A stretch of DNA of 62,913 nt from contig JBLHIK010000001.1 in the NCBI GenBank assembly GCA_047614005.1, positions 1 to 62,913 of the forward strand. Direction: 5' to 3'. Source of the stretch: Flavobacteriaceae bacterium (GTDB taxonomy: Bacteria > Patescibacteriota > Minisyncoccia > Phycocordibacterales > UBA1006). A program made the position numbers and the translations under genes. The notes beneath the pieces are model-generated. The model saw only the letters and a list, made by a program, of their open reading frames with translations. It had not been told where the DNA came from and searched no databases. Shown here piece after piece: positions 50,612 through 61,300 of this stretch (position 1 is its first letter; each line of letters starts with the position of its first letter).

Positions 50612-51607
50612 TTATTTTTGGATAAAGTCGTCGACTATCTTTTCGAACATGGCATATATTCTATCTTCAGCTTCTTTACCGAGAGTGACATAGTGATTGA
50701 AACCAAGAGAGCCGTTGAGTTCTATGATGGATTCTTTCGAATCATCTTTTGAAACATCTCCATCTATAATCATATCAACCCCACACAAAGGAAGATTAAG
50801 TGCTTTTGATGACTGTATTGCAAGCTCTCTAAAGCGAGGAGCAAGAATATCTGATATATCTTCAAGATCACCTCCTGTTTTTGCATTTGCGCTATCAAGA
50901 AGAGTCAGAGTAGTACCTTCTTCTAAAACAGATTCCGGTGTGTATCCTTCTCTCTCTAAGGTAAATACAATGCGATTATATTGACTATCTATATCAATAT
51001 CTCTATGAGAAAGAGCTTCTTTTTTCTTTTCAATAAGTTCTGTCACAGTAGATACACCATCTCCTTTAAGAGAAAGAGGTGTTCTAATATATGCTGCAAA
51101 ATACTCTCCATTATAAATAACCACTCTCACGTCAAAACCAGATACACACTCTTCTACAAGACATTCATGCCCTTCGTTATGAAGAGAAATGAGGTGTTTT
51201 TCTACATCAGCTTTTGTTTGACATTTATATACGCCTCGTCCCCACGAGCTTGCGTTTGGTTTTACAATCACTGGAAATCCTATTTTTTCTGCGTACTCTG
51301 CACCCCAGCGAGCATCTCTCACTGTACCATCAGCCTCTGTCCACGCAGTACTACACGTCGCACCTTTTGGAATAGAATATCCTTCTTGTTCGAGAAAAAA
51401 CCGTGTGTATGATTTGTTTTTTGCAATAGTCGCTGCACCAAAAGGATTCACATCAAGAGTAGTACGAGCAAAGTACATACGTTTATCCCCCGGAAGCACT
51501 ATATATCCCATCATTTTATTTGAAGGATGAGTAACTGCTGTAATATTTCTTTTCTCTGCAATATCAAGAATTGCATTTGGTACAAAACTAGGTGTAGGGT
51601 ATTTCAT
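50612..51607 (-). CDS. ATP-grasp family ligase (RimK/cyanophycin-synthetase-like)
   Basis: FPVIVKPNASSWGRGVYKC, LVEECVSGFDVRVVIYNG, and IIELNGSLGF fit an ATP-grasp fold. The substrate is unknown. Confidence 0.6.
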   Translation of the reverse strand: MKYPTPSFVPNAILDIAEKRNITAVTHPSNKMMGYIVLPGDKRMYFARTTLDVNPFGAATIAKNKSYTRFFLEQEGYSIPKGATCSTAWTEADGTVRDARWGAEYAEKIGFPVIVKPNASSWGRGVYKCQTKADVEKHLISLHNEGHECLVEECVSGFDVRVVIYNGEYFAAYIRTPLSLKGDGVSTVTELIEKKKEALSHRDIDIDSQYNRIVFTLEREGYTPESVLEEGTTLTLLDSANAKTGGDLEDISDILAPRFRELAIQSSKALNLPLCGVDMIIDGDVSKDDSKESIIELNGSLGFNHYVTLGKEAEDRIYAMFEKIVDDFIQK

Positions 51608-51616
51608 AATTGTTAT

Positions 51617-53188
51617 TTATTTCTTACGATTAAAAAGAGGATCTGATAGTGGTGTTATGGTACATGATACTGGAACACCTTTTTCATTACGATTTATTCC
51701 GCAATGTTTTTTTATTGCCTCTGCTGTTTCTGGCATAAAAGGAATAAGTAGATTTGATACATGATCAAGTCCAATTGCAACATTCCACAATACTGCTTTG
51801 GTCTTTGTTTCGTCTTCTTTAATAAGTTTATAAGGTTCATACTCTGAAATGTATTTATCAAGCAAGGTAATCAGAGACCATAGAGTACTACTAGCATGAT
51901 GAATTTCAAAATTATCCATATATTTTTTATATTGAGGGATGATAGTATGAGTAACAATACCATCGATACTATCAATTTCTATCATCTGATCTTCTGCAAA
52001 CATTTCTACTTGATGTCTCACGGGGGCTAGGGATGCATCAGCATCTTCGAGCATTCCTCCAAAATATAATGAAATCATTTTTAATGTTCGAGAGACGAGA
52101 TTACCTATACCATTTGCAAGATGTGCATTATATTTTTCAATAATATCACTATGAGAAAAGTCGACATCTTCAAACGGTGTCCACTGATGAGCCATATAGA
52201 AACGAAGTGCCTCTGTGCCATATGTTTCTATGACTTCAAAAGGATCGATGACATTTCCTAAGCTCTTACTCATCTTCTGCCCTTCTACGTTTATAAAACC
52301 ATGTGAAAGTATTTTTTTGGGAAGTGGCAAACCTGCTGACATGAGCATTGCTGGCCAAAAAAGAACATGAAATCGTACAATATCTTTTCCTATCACATGA
52401 ATATCTGCTGGCCACAACTCTTCGAAGGATTCCTTATCTCTTCCATAACCTATGGCTGAAATATAGTTTGAAAGAGCATCACACCAAACATACATAAGCT
52501 GATCAGGGTCCGATGGAACAGGTATGCCCCACAATACTGCTTCGCTCTTTCGAGAGAAAGAAATATCTCTCAACCCCTCGTCTATCATTGCAAGCATTTC
52601 ATTTTTTGCACGCTCTGGAACAATCTCTATTTCGTTACTTTCTATTTTCTTTTTCAGTTTACCTGCATATGAAGAAAGTTTAAAAAAGTGATTTTCTTCG
52701 GAAACCATCTCAGGCTTTTTATGGTGAATAGTACACGCACCTTCACTGTCGAGCTCTTTCTCTGTAATGAATGCTTCACAACCAACACAATACAGACCTT
52801 CATAGCTATCTTTATAGATATCACCCTTCTCTTCCATTTTCTTCCACAAGGCTATTGCTCCTGGCCAATGAATCTCTTTGTCTGATGTTCGAATAAACTG
52901 GTCATGGGAAATATTAAAACTGTCACATAGCTTCAGATACATTTCTGCTTTTTTATCAACAAAATGCTGAGGAGATATACCTGCTGCATCAGCACTACGT
53001 GCTACTTTCATTCCATGCTCATCCATTCCGGTAAGAAAATGCACCTTATAACCCTCCTGTCTTTTGTACCTTGCAATTACATCAGCAAGAAAAAGCTCAT
53101 AAGCGAAACCAATATGAGGGTCACCGTTTGGATAAACGATAGCTGTCGTAATATAAAATGAAGGTTGTAGATCTTTTTTTGCGTTCAT
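51617..53188 (-). CDS. metG: methionine--tRNA ligase (no C-terminal tRNA-binding appendix)
   Basis: YPNGDPHIGFAY (HIGH-type), CxxC knuckle YCVGCEAF, QKMSKSLGN (KMSKS). Confidence 0.9.
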   Translation of the reverse strand: MNAKKDLQPSFYITTAIVYPNGDPHIGFAYELFLADVIARYKRQEGYKVHFLTGMDEHGMKVARSADAAGISPQHFVDKKAEMYLKLCDSFNISHDQFIRTSDKEIHWPGAIALWKKMEEKGDIYKDSYEGLYCVGCEAFITEKELDSEGACTIHHKKPEMVSEENHFFKLSSYAGKLKKKIESNEIEIVPERAKNEMLAMIDEGLRDISFSRKSEAVLWGIPVPSDPDQLMYVWCDALSNYISAIGYGRDKESFEELWPADIHVIGKDIVRFHVLFWPAMLMSAGLPLPKKILSHGFINVEGQKMSKSLGNVIDPFEVIETYGTEALRFYMAHQWTPFEDVDFSHSDIIEKYNAHLANGIGNLVSRTLKMISLYFGGMLEDADASLAPVRHQVEMFAEDQMIEIDSIDGIVTHTIIPQYKKYMDNFEIHHASSTLWSLITLLDKYISEYEPYKLIKEDETKTKAVLWNVAIGLDHVSNLLIPFMPETAEAIKKHCGINRNEKGVPVSCTITPLSDPLFNRKK

Positions 53189-53203
53189 GAAGAGAACTAT
53201 GTC

Positions 53204-54340
53204 TTATTTTTCAGTTTTTTGCAATGGTGATTGAAGGGAATCTTCATAAACGAGAGATTTTGCTCGCGGTGAATTTGGAGAAGTATCTTCTGACATACTT
53301 TTTCTTTCCACATCACTTACAAACTCTAGAAGAAGAACTGCGACAGGTATAGCTAGTATAAGCCCCCAGAAGCCAGCTAGCTTTGCACCAACAAGAACAG
53401 AAAGTATAACCACAAGAGGAGAAATACCTACCACGCGATTTACAATAAGAGGAGAAATAATATAGTTTTCAAGTTGTTGAATAAGTATATATAAACCACC
53501 CACCATGACAGCAAGTTGGAGGCCACCCTCTACAAATCCAAAAGAAATTGCAGGAATGATAGCGAGAATAATACCGAAAGGAATAAGTTCAAAAATGGCA
53601 GTTATGAGTGCTAAGAAAAAAGCATATTCAACACCCAACAAACTAAGTCCGACGAAAGTAAGCACTCCTATAATTACTGCTAGAAGAAGTTGTCCCTGAA
53701 CCCAAAGAGATATTTTCTTTCTTACTCTTTCCCATAGACCCACGACATAGCCTTCGTGTTTAAGAGGAGTTACAATACGAAGAAAGTGTTCTATCCCCTT
53801 TTCTTGCATAGACAAGTAGAAAGAAATTATAATAATTAAAATAAAGTTTACAACCCCACCGAACAAAACAGAGAATGTTTGGAAAAATCCACTCGATATA
53901 CGAGAGAAAAAAGAACCAATACTTGAAAATGCACTTATATCGAGAGAGAAAGTTGTGATAATCTCAGCAATACTATTGAGAGTAGGACTATCTGCTTGAG
54001 AAAGGAAATTATCCTCTGGTAGATAGCCAGAAATCAAGGAAATGAGGTTGGTGGTTTCTCTGAAGAAAGTAGGTGCGAGTAGGTAAAAGAGCACTGCAAG
54101 CATTAAAAACGTAATAATATAAATACACACTACAGCAAAAGTACGCCCTATTTTAATTTTACGAAATTGAGTAATACCTGTTTCTACAAAAGAAGCAATG
54201 ACAATAGAAGTAAGCACTACAAGAAGGAGGTCCTTGAGCTTAAAAAGAGCAAGCAAAAGAACACCAAACAAAGCAATACGAACGAGCGTTCCTGTTGATA
54301 TATCAATTTGTAATTTTTCTTTTATCATTTTCATAGACAC
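53204..54340 (-). CDS. AI-2E family (UPF0118/PerM-like) transporter
   Basis: 378-aa multi-TM ORF with the LQQLENYIISPLIV..VGISPLVVILSVLVGAKLAGFWGLILAIP pattern. Confidence 0.75.
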   Translation of the reverse strand: MSMKMIKEKLQIDISTGTLVRIALFGVLLLALFKLKDLLLVVLTSIVIASFVETGITQFRKIKIGRTFAVVCIYIITFLMLAVLFYLLAPTFFRETTNLISLISGYLPEDNFLSQADSPTLNSIAEIITTFSLDISAFSSIGSFFSRISSGFFQTFSVLFGGVVNFILIIIISFYLSMQEKGIEHFLRIVTPLKHEGYVVGLWERVRKKISLWVQGQLLLAVIIGVLTFVGLSLLGVEYAFFLALITAIFELIPFGIILAIIPAISFGFVEGGLQLAVMVGGLYILIQQLENYIISPLIVNRVVGISPLVVILSVLVGAKLAGFWGLILAIPVAVLLLEFVSDVERKSMSEDTSPNSPRAKSLVYEDSLQSPLQKTEK

Positions 54341-54396
54341 ATTGTATCACAATAAAAAAAGAGAGGGAGCATTCCATCACATTTTAATGTAAGTTT

Positions 54397-55779
54397 TTAT
54401 GAAAGATATTCTGTGAGTTTTGAAATATCCATGCGCTCTTGCTCTCCCGTATCTCTGTCACGTACAGTCACTGTATTGTCCTCAAGAGTATCAAAATCTA
54501 TCGTGACACAGTAAGGAGTACCTATTTCATCTTGCCTGCGATAACGTTTTCCTATGTTTCCATTGTCGTCGTACATGACATGAAGAAATTCTCCTTTAAT
54601 AGAAGAGAAAACTTCTTCTGCTTTTGCCTTGAGTTCTTCTTTATTTCGAAGCAGTGGAGATATGGACGCTTTTATAGGGGCCAGTATTCTCGGAAGAGCA
54701 AGATACACTCTCTGTCCTTCTCCAAGAGTATCTTCTCTGTAATATTCACAAAGTATTGCAAGTATCATTCTATCAAGACCTACCGATGATTCGAGGACAT
54801 ATGGAATATATTTTTCATTTGTCAGAGGATCAGTGTATGTCAGTTTTTGTCCTGAAAACTCTTGGTGTTGAGAGAGATCATAATCACTGCGGTGATGAAC
54901 ACCTTCAAGCTCTGCCCATCCGAAAGGATATTTGTACTCTATATCCCATGCGTCTTTTGCATAGAATACGAGATTGTCATGCTGCTTGAAACGAAGATGT
55001 TCTGGATCAAACCCTAATACATCTACATAGAAAGACATTCTTTCAATTTTTAATTTTTCATATTCCTCAGCTGCATGTTCTGGTGATACGAAATATTGAA
55101 ATTCCATTTGCTCAAATTCTCTTTTGCGAAAGATAAACTGACGTGGAGCTATTTCGTTTCGAAATGCTTTACCTATCTGTCCTATACCAAAAGGTATTTT
55201 ATAGAAACCTGTATCAAGAACATTTTTGTAATTTATATATATTCCTTGTGCTGTTTCCCCTCTCAAATATGAAGGATTATCACCTGTTCCTGTAAAATCA
55301 CCTAGATTTGTCTTAGTAAGTAAATTAAAATTACGCACAGGAGAAAAATCGTTTGATTTACATGATGGACATTTGAGATCTGAGATGTTTTCATCTACGA
55401 GCTTTTGTATATCACTTTCTGACATTTTTTCATCTGCAACAACATCTAAGGCTTCGAGCATATGGTCCACTCGACTTCGTGCATTGCATTTTTTGCATTC
55501 TATAAGAGGGTCAGAAAATCCACCCACATGCCCTGATGCTTCCCATACTTTTGGATGAGTTACTATCGATGAGTCTATCTCGGCACAGTTTGTTTTTTTA
55601 TAGATAATATTATTTCTCCATATATTTTCAATATTTTTTTTGAGAAGAATTCCAAGAGGTCCAAAATCATATGTACCTGCAAAACCACCATATATTTCAG
55701 ATCCAGGGAAGATAAAACCTCTGCGCTTTGAAAGAGAAACAATATCTTCTAATAATTTTTCATTATCTGTATTTTTCAT
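54397..55779 (-). CDS. glyQS: glycine--tRNA ligase (alpha2, GlyQS type)
   Basis: RRGFIFPGSEIYGG, GIGQIGKAFRNEIAPR, SVGLDRMILAIL, and a C-terminal anticodon-binding domain. Confidence 0.9.
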   Translation of the reverse strand: MKNTDNEKLLEDIVSLSKRRGFIFPGSEIYGGFAGTYDFGPLGILLKKNIENIWRNNIIYKKTNCAEIDSSIVTHPKVWEASGHVGGFSDPLIECKKCNARSRVDHMLEALDVVADEKMSESDIQKLVDENISDLKCPSCKSNDFSPVRNFNLLTKTNLGDFTGTGDNPSYLRGETAQGIYINYKNVLDTGFYKIPFGIGQIGKAFRNEIAPRQFIFRKREFEQMEFQYFVSPEHAAEEYEKLKIERMSFYVDVLGFDPEHLRFKQHDNLVFYAKDAWDIEYKYPFGWAELEGVHHRSDYDLSQHQEFSGQKLTYTDPLTNEKYIPYVLESSVGLDRMILAILCEYYREDTLGEGQRVYLALPRILAPIKASISPLLRNKEELKAKAEEVFSSIKGEFLHVMYDDNGNIGKRYRRQDEIGTPYCVTIDFDTLEDNTVTVRDRDTGEQERMDISKLTEYLS

Positions 55780-55812
55780 ATCAGTACTATATCATACCTC
55801 TTCTATAAATAA

Positions 55813-57774
55813 CTACTGGGATTCCTGCACCTCTCCTCCTGGATAACCTGGATCATTGCGCAGATCAGTAGTGATTTCATCTTTTGTAATTGTTATTTTT
55901 TCTTCTGTTTTTGTATCTATAAATGTCATTATTATTTCTCTCGTAAGAGGAATAGTAATACCAACATCATTAATAGATGGAGTGACCTCTACTTGAAAAG
56001 CAACACTGTAAGGATCCTGCCCTGAACCAACACCTGCCTTTATACCATCTATAAACCACATCACTTCACGAGAAGATTCATTGTATGTTACTGACTCATA
56101 TGAGGGCACTGTAGCACCCTTAAAGACAACATTGGTAGGTAAAATAGTTTTTATAGCAACCTCAGATATAGGGTTTGAGGAGTTAGCTATATCATAGGCT
56201 ATCGTATATGTTGTTGGTTCTCCTGGTTCAGGAGGAACAGGACCTGAATTTTCTATTGGACCACCAAAATATTGACCCTTAGCAAGAAGCCTAGTGTCAG
56301 TATTAAAGAGTATTACTGTTTGCTTAAAATTCTTTATTTCTTCTATTTCTGTTTCTCCCGACAGTCGCCCTCTCATTGATAGCTCTATGAGAATCTCCGG
56401 AGAAATAATAGAAGAATTACTATTAGAAAAGATAAGAGGAGTAAATTCAAAATCCACAGAACCTATCCCTTTTGGCTTAATAGAAATAAATTGATTAACA
56501 GAACTTCTATCCCACACAATACGCTGCTCTGTATTACTATAAAAACCTTGCCGTGGCTGTATATCTTTATTATTAAAAGCATTTCCAGAGAAGCGAATAG
56601 AGAGTTCAATATCTTCCAAGGAAACATCAAGATTATTTATCCAGTTTATTGTTCCAATCAACGGTCGCCCTCCATTTGCAATAATCTCTTTTCCTCTTTG
56701 ACCATTAACCATAAAATCAACTTCAAGAAATGGACGAAGTATTGAAATCTCATGAACAATAGTATTGTAAGCAACTGACACTATTCCTTGTGCTCGAGAT
56801 TGAGACTCACCTACCTTAACTTTTATAAAGCGACTCTCTCCCTCTTGTCCACCTACCGTACCCTCTATAGTAATAACTTTTTTCTCAAAAGGTTTCAGAG
56901 AAGATAACTCCCAAAAATTGTTTTCGGTTCGAGGCAACGGAGAAGCTGTAATAAACTGAAAACCAGGTGGGTATATTGCCTGTACTCCAACATTCCTAAG
57001 GACCCCCTCGCTCGCAGATGTTATTTCTATATCAAAAGATATTTGTTGATTAGGGCCAATACTTTCTGTTCCTACAATAGCAAGGTCAATAGGTGCACTT
57101 TTTATACGGACAGGATATGTAGTTTCTTTCACAAAAATAGCATTTGATCCTTTGATTCTAAATTCAAGCTCGACAGTAATGTCTTTGTCACTTTCTCTTT
57201 CCCCAAACAGTACAATACGAATCTCTTCTGAAAGTGATTGACCTGCAGGTACTTCTCCGAGAGAAATACGTTGTGTTACTTTGTCATCATCGCTCTCGCC
57301 ACCTCCTTTGTGATAAAAAACGATCAAGTCTGCGAGCTCTAAATCAATAGTATTTTTATTGGAAACCTCAATATCAAGAATAAGCTCCTCTCCTCCTTCT
57401 ACAAAATTATTTCCCTTAATAGAGATATCTACGTTTTCAGTAGAGATATTATTATCACCAAAAAAAGATGTTATGAGAACAACAATAACTGCTATTGAAA
57501 AAAAAGAAATTGCAAAGATAAAAAATTTCTTAAAAATTGAACTTTTCTTTTTGTAATCCTCAACAGAAGGCTGACTCTGATCTACTTCTTGATATTCTTT
57601 CTTACGCAAAGTACTCCAATCTTTTTCAACAGAAAAGGTATTCTTCTTTAAGTGACCTTCATCGTGTTCCTCATCTTCTGTGAGAGGTTTCTTTCGATGA
57701 ATAAAATGTTCCAACGCATCAACATGGTCGGTATTTTCTATTTCTTTCTTTTTTCGAGATAATTCATCAGACAT
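55813..57774 (-). CDS. hypothetical membrane-anchored protein with large extracytoplasmic beta-rich region
   Basis: 653-aa ORF with a charged N-terminus, one TM segment (FFIFAISFFSIAVIVVLITSFF), then repeated Ig/CARDB-like segments (pattern only). Confidence 0.55.
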   Translation of the reverse strand: MSDELSRKKKEIENTDHVDALEHFIHRKKPLTEDEEHDEGHLKKNTFSVEKDWSTLRKKEYQEVDQSQPSVEDYKKKSSIFKKFFIFAISFFSIAVIVVLITSFFGDNNISTENVDISIKGNNFVEGGEELILDIEVSNKNTIDLELADLIVFYHKGGGESDDDKVTQRISLGEVPAGQSLSEEIRIVLFGERESDKDITVELEFRIKGSNAIFVKETTYPVRIKSAPIDLAIVGTESIGPNQQISFDIEITSASEGVLRNVGVQAIYPPGFQFITASPLPRTENNFWELSSLKPFEKKVITIEGTVGGQEGESRFIKVKVGESQSRAQGIVSVAYNTIVHEISILRPFLEVDFMVNGQRGKEIIANGGRPLIGTINWINNLDVSLEDIELSIRFSGNAFNNKDIQPRQGFYSNTEQRIVWDRSSVNQFISIKPKGIGSVDFEFTPLIFSNSNSSIISPEILIELSMRGRLSGETEIEEIKNFKQTVILFNTDTRLLAKGQYFGGPIENSGPVPPEPGEPTTYTIAYDIANSSNPISEVAIKTILPTNVVFKGATVPSYESVTYNESSREVMWFIDGIKAGVGSGQDPYSVAFQVEVTPSINDVGITIPLTREIIMTFIDTKTEEKITITKDEITTDLRNDPGYPGGEVQESQ

Positions 57775-57800
57775 ACTTCTATAATATCATAAAAATAATT

Positions 57801-58361
57801 TTACAGATGTGTTTCCCGGAGAGAGGTGTTGATTGCCTCGATACAGTCTGCCTGAAAAGCTCGTGATACTTTCATTGATTCATAAAAAGGAGAATCTATC
57901 AAACCCTCGAGATTATCTTTTGGATTCATATACCCCAAGTGATATAGCATCCTGAAGACTGCAACGCACTCTAGATCAGCTATTTCACTATTTGAAATTT
58001 CTTTCAGTAATGAGAAATACTCCACAAGAGTTACAAATAACATTTCATTTTTCTCTTCTCCTGAGCATAGGCGAGTGACAAGTTGCGCGATACGCGAAAA
58101 ATCATTAAAGCGAGATACTGGTATATATTGACATGTGTGTGCATGAATAAATCTCCATCCACTCAATCCATAGATACATTCCACATGAATGTATGAAAAG
58201 AGCTGGAAGCGATTACGCAACTTCCCTTCAATCTTACGAACACTATAAAGAAGGCCTTTTATTAGACCAAACTCTTTCGTATAGACAGAAATATACTGAT
58301 TTGATTCTCCTGTATTTTTTATAGAGACAACAAATCCCTCTGTTTGATAAACAGGATACAT
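57801..58361 (-). CDS. recO: DNA repair protein RecO (short form)
   Basis: TEGFVVSIKNTGESNQYISVYTKEFGLI OB-fold start. Position and size are compatible. Moderate support only. Confidence 0.55.
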   Translation of the reverse strand: MYPVYQTEGFVVSIKNTGESNQYISVYTKEFGLIKGLLYSVRKIEGKLRNRFQLFSYIHVECIYGLSGWRFIHAHTCQYIPVSRFNDFSRIAQLVTRLCSGEEKNEMLFVTLVEYFSLLKEISNSEIADLECVAVFRMLYHLGYMNPKDNLEGLIDSPFYESMKVSRAFQADCIEAINTSLRETHL

Positions 58362-58371
58362 ACTACAATAT

Positions 58372-61300
58372 TTATGTATTAATTTTTATGATAGATAACT
58401 CCGTACCAAATAAAATATCTTGTGTCTGAGTGATTGCCTTAATCTCATTTTCAAATTGAGAAATAGTATCTTTCATAGATGAAGGTATAGTGAGTTCAAT
58501 GACATCGTCTGGAGTGAGTCCCTTTTCTTTACGTAGTGATTGAATAGTGCGAATAAGGTCTCTTACTTTCCCCTCTCTTTCAAGTTCTTCAGTAAGAGAT
58601 GTATCGAGCAAAACAGAGAGTATTTCATCTTCAATACATTCTATCTTTTTCACATTTATCTCATCTGCAATAATCTCTTTTATTTCTTCTGAAAAGGAGA
58701 TGCCTTTTATAGTAAGACATGCGAGAGGTTGCCTTACTTTTATTCCTGCTTTTTGGCGAGCCTCAAGAGCAAGTGTCACCACCTCTCGAACCTTTTCCAT
58801 TTGAGTGATTGCCTCTTGCGAATATTCTTCTACCTCTTTCCATCCTTCTAGGTGAACTGACTCATATTTTGTCGGAGAGATTTTTTTCAGTTTTTGATAT
58901 ATATCTTCTGCTATAAAAGGTGCAAAAGGTGCGATAAGCTTGCTGAGTTCGAAGAGAATATAGTGTGTTGTGGCAAGAGCTTGTTTTGAATCATCACTAT
59001 TTCCTTTTAATCTTTCTCGTGATCGTCTGATATACCATGTTGAAAAATCTTGAACAAAGTCACGATAAGCGCGCACAGCATCTATCATGTTATATGCTTC
59101 CATAGATTTAGTCATAACTGAAGTAAGCTCTTGTAGTCTTGCATGTATCCATACATCGAGAGCATGGGAGAAATCTGGAGATACCATCTGCGAAGTGGCA
59201 TACGTCTCATAGAGAGAAAGGCAGTTTGCAAGAGGGTTGCAAATCTTGTTCTGCACATCACTCACAGTACGCTCATCAAAGTTTTTCATTTCACCTGGTT
59301 GATTCACGGAATACATCCACAGACGCAAAACGTCTGCACCATACTTGTTCATCATATCCCATGGAGATGTTGTATTTCCTTTACTTTTACTCATCTTTTT
59401 TCCTTCAGAGTCTAAGATAAGACCGAGACATAGGCAGTTTTTATAAGGAGCTTCTTTTCCGAGAAGTGTCGAAATAGCGAGAAGTGTATAGAACCAACCG
59501 CGCGTCTGGTCTATTCCCTCTGAAATATAATCAGCAGGGAAAAATTCCTCTTCTTTTGATTTTTCTGTGAAAGGATAATGTTCCTGAGCATACGGCATAG
59601 CACCAGAATCAAACCACACATCGAGCACTTCTTTTGTTCGAGTCAAAGAAGACCCATCAGTATCGACGAGCTGTATTTCATCTATGTAAGGCTTGTGAAG
59701 ATCGAGTTCAAAATCAAGATTGTGAGGAAGTGGAGTAAATTCGAGCTCGTGTACTTGAGCATTTTTGAAATACGTAAAACCATTTTCAAACATGCCTTCA
59801 GTCTGCTTTGCATCGAGTCCATTTGATACGGCATGCAAGAGCCACAAAGGAGTACCATGACTTACGATAAGTATATTTTTTCCTACATACGTACATTCTA
59901 AGTCATAGAGAAAGTCCCCCATCCTTTTCTTTACATCACTTAAAGATTCTCCTTCCTCTGGAGCATTTGTAAATGATGTGTCTGTGTTACTGTCACGAAA
60001 ATCTGTGTGCCATTTTTCTACTGATTGTCCTTCAAAAATACCAAAACCTACCTCTCCTATTCTGTCATCAAACAATATCTTCTCATCAGATACTCCGAGC
60101 TTTTCTTGCAAAAGAAGAGCCGTTTCTTTTGTGCGAACAAAAGGAGATGAGACTATGAGGTCTACGTTTAATTTTTCCAATTCAGATACAGTTTCTTGTA
60201 TTTGTTCTTTTCCTTTTTCTGTAAGAGAGTGAGGATTGTTCTTCTCTCCACTCAAAAGACCCAAAACATTACTCTCTGCCTCTCCGTGTCTTATAGTAGT
60301 ATATATATTACCTGATTTTTTTGCGTGGGATTTTATATCTTCAATAGACCCAAGAACTTTTGCAACGCCATTTTCATTTTCCCAAATAGGAAGAGGTGTC
60401 CCCCAATAACGCTCTCGCGAAATAGCCCAGTCCTTGATATCTCTGAGCCACTCACCGAAACGTCCGTCTTTTATATAGCTTGGTTCCCAGTTGATAGTTT
60501 CATTTCTTTTCAATAGCTCATCTTTGAGCTTACTCATCGCGATATACCACGAGTCTCTCGCATAGTAGATCATAGGAGTTTTACATCTCCAGCAGTGTGG
60601 ATATGAGTGTTCGTATTTTTCTTTTGAGAAAAGAAGACCTCTGTGTGCCAAGTCTTTTATAACATCAATAGCAACCTGTTCATCTTTCACAAAACGCCCT
60701 GAGAGAAACTCCATACCATCTTCAAAATTTCCATATTCATTTACAAGGTGGTATTTAGGGAGACCTATCTTTGTACCGAGCTCAAAGTCATCCTGTCCAT
60801 ACATGATAGCAGTGTGCACTACACCTGTTCCGTCTTCTGTCGTTACAAAATCAGCTCCATATATTTTATATGCTTTTGAACTATCTATGTTTTCTTTTTC
60901 TAATTTCTCTTGAAGGTATGGATAAAGAGGTTCGTATGAAAGACCTATGAGATCTTTTCCTTTTATTTCTTCTACTACTTGAATTTCTTTATCTTTAAAT
61001 ATTTTCTCAGAAAGCTTTTTTGCAACGATAAAAAGCTCATTCTCAAAAGAAACTTTTATGTAATCAATATCTCCCCCCACTGCAAGAGCTACGTTTCCTG
61101 GAAGAGTCCATGGTGTTGTCGTCCATGCAATGATGTAGGTGTTTTCCATTTCTTTTATTTTAAATTTGGCCGTCACTGAAAGGTCTTTTACATCTTCATA
61201 TCCTTGTGCGAGCTCATGAGAAGAAAGAGCTGTCGTACACCTCGGACACCACGGAAGAACCTTGTAGTCTTTATATAAATATCCTTTTTCATTTATTTTT

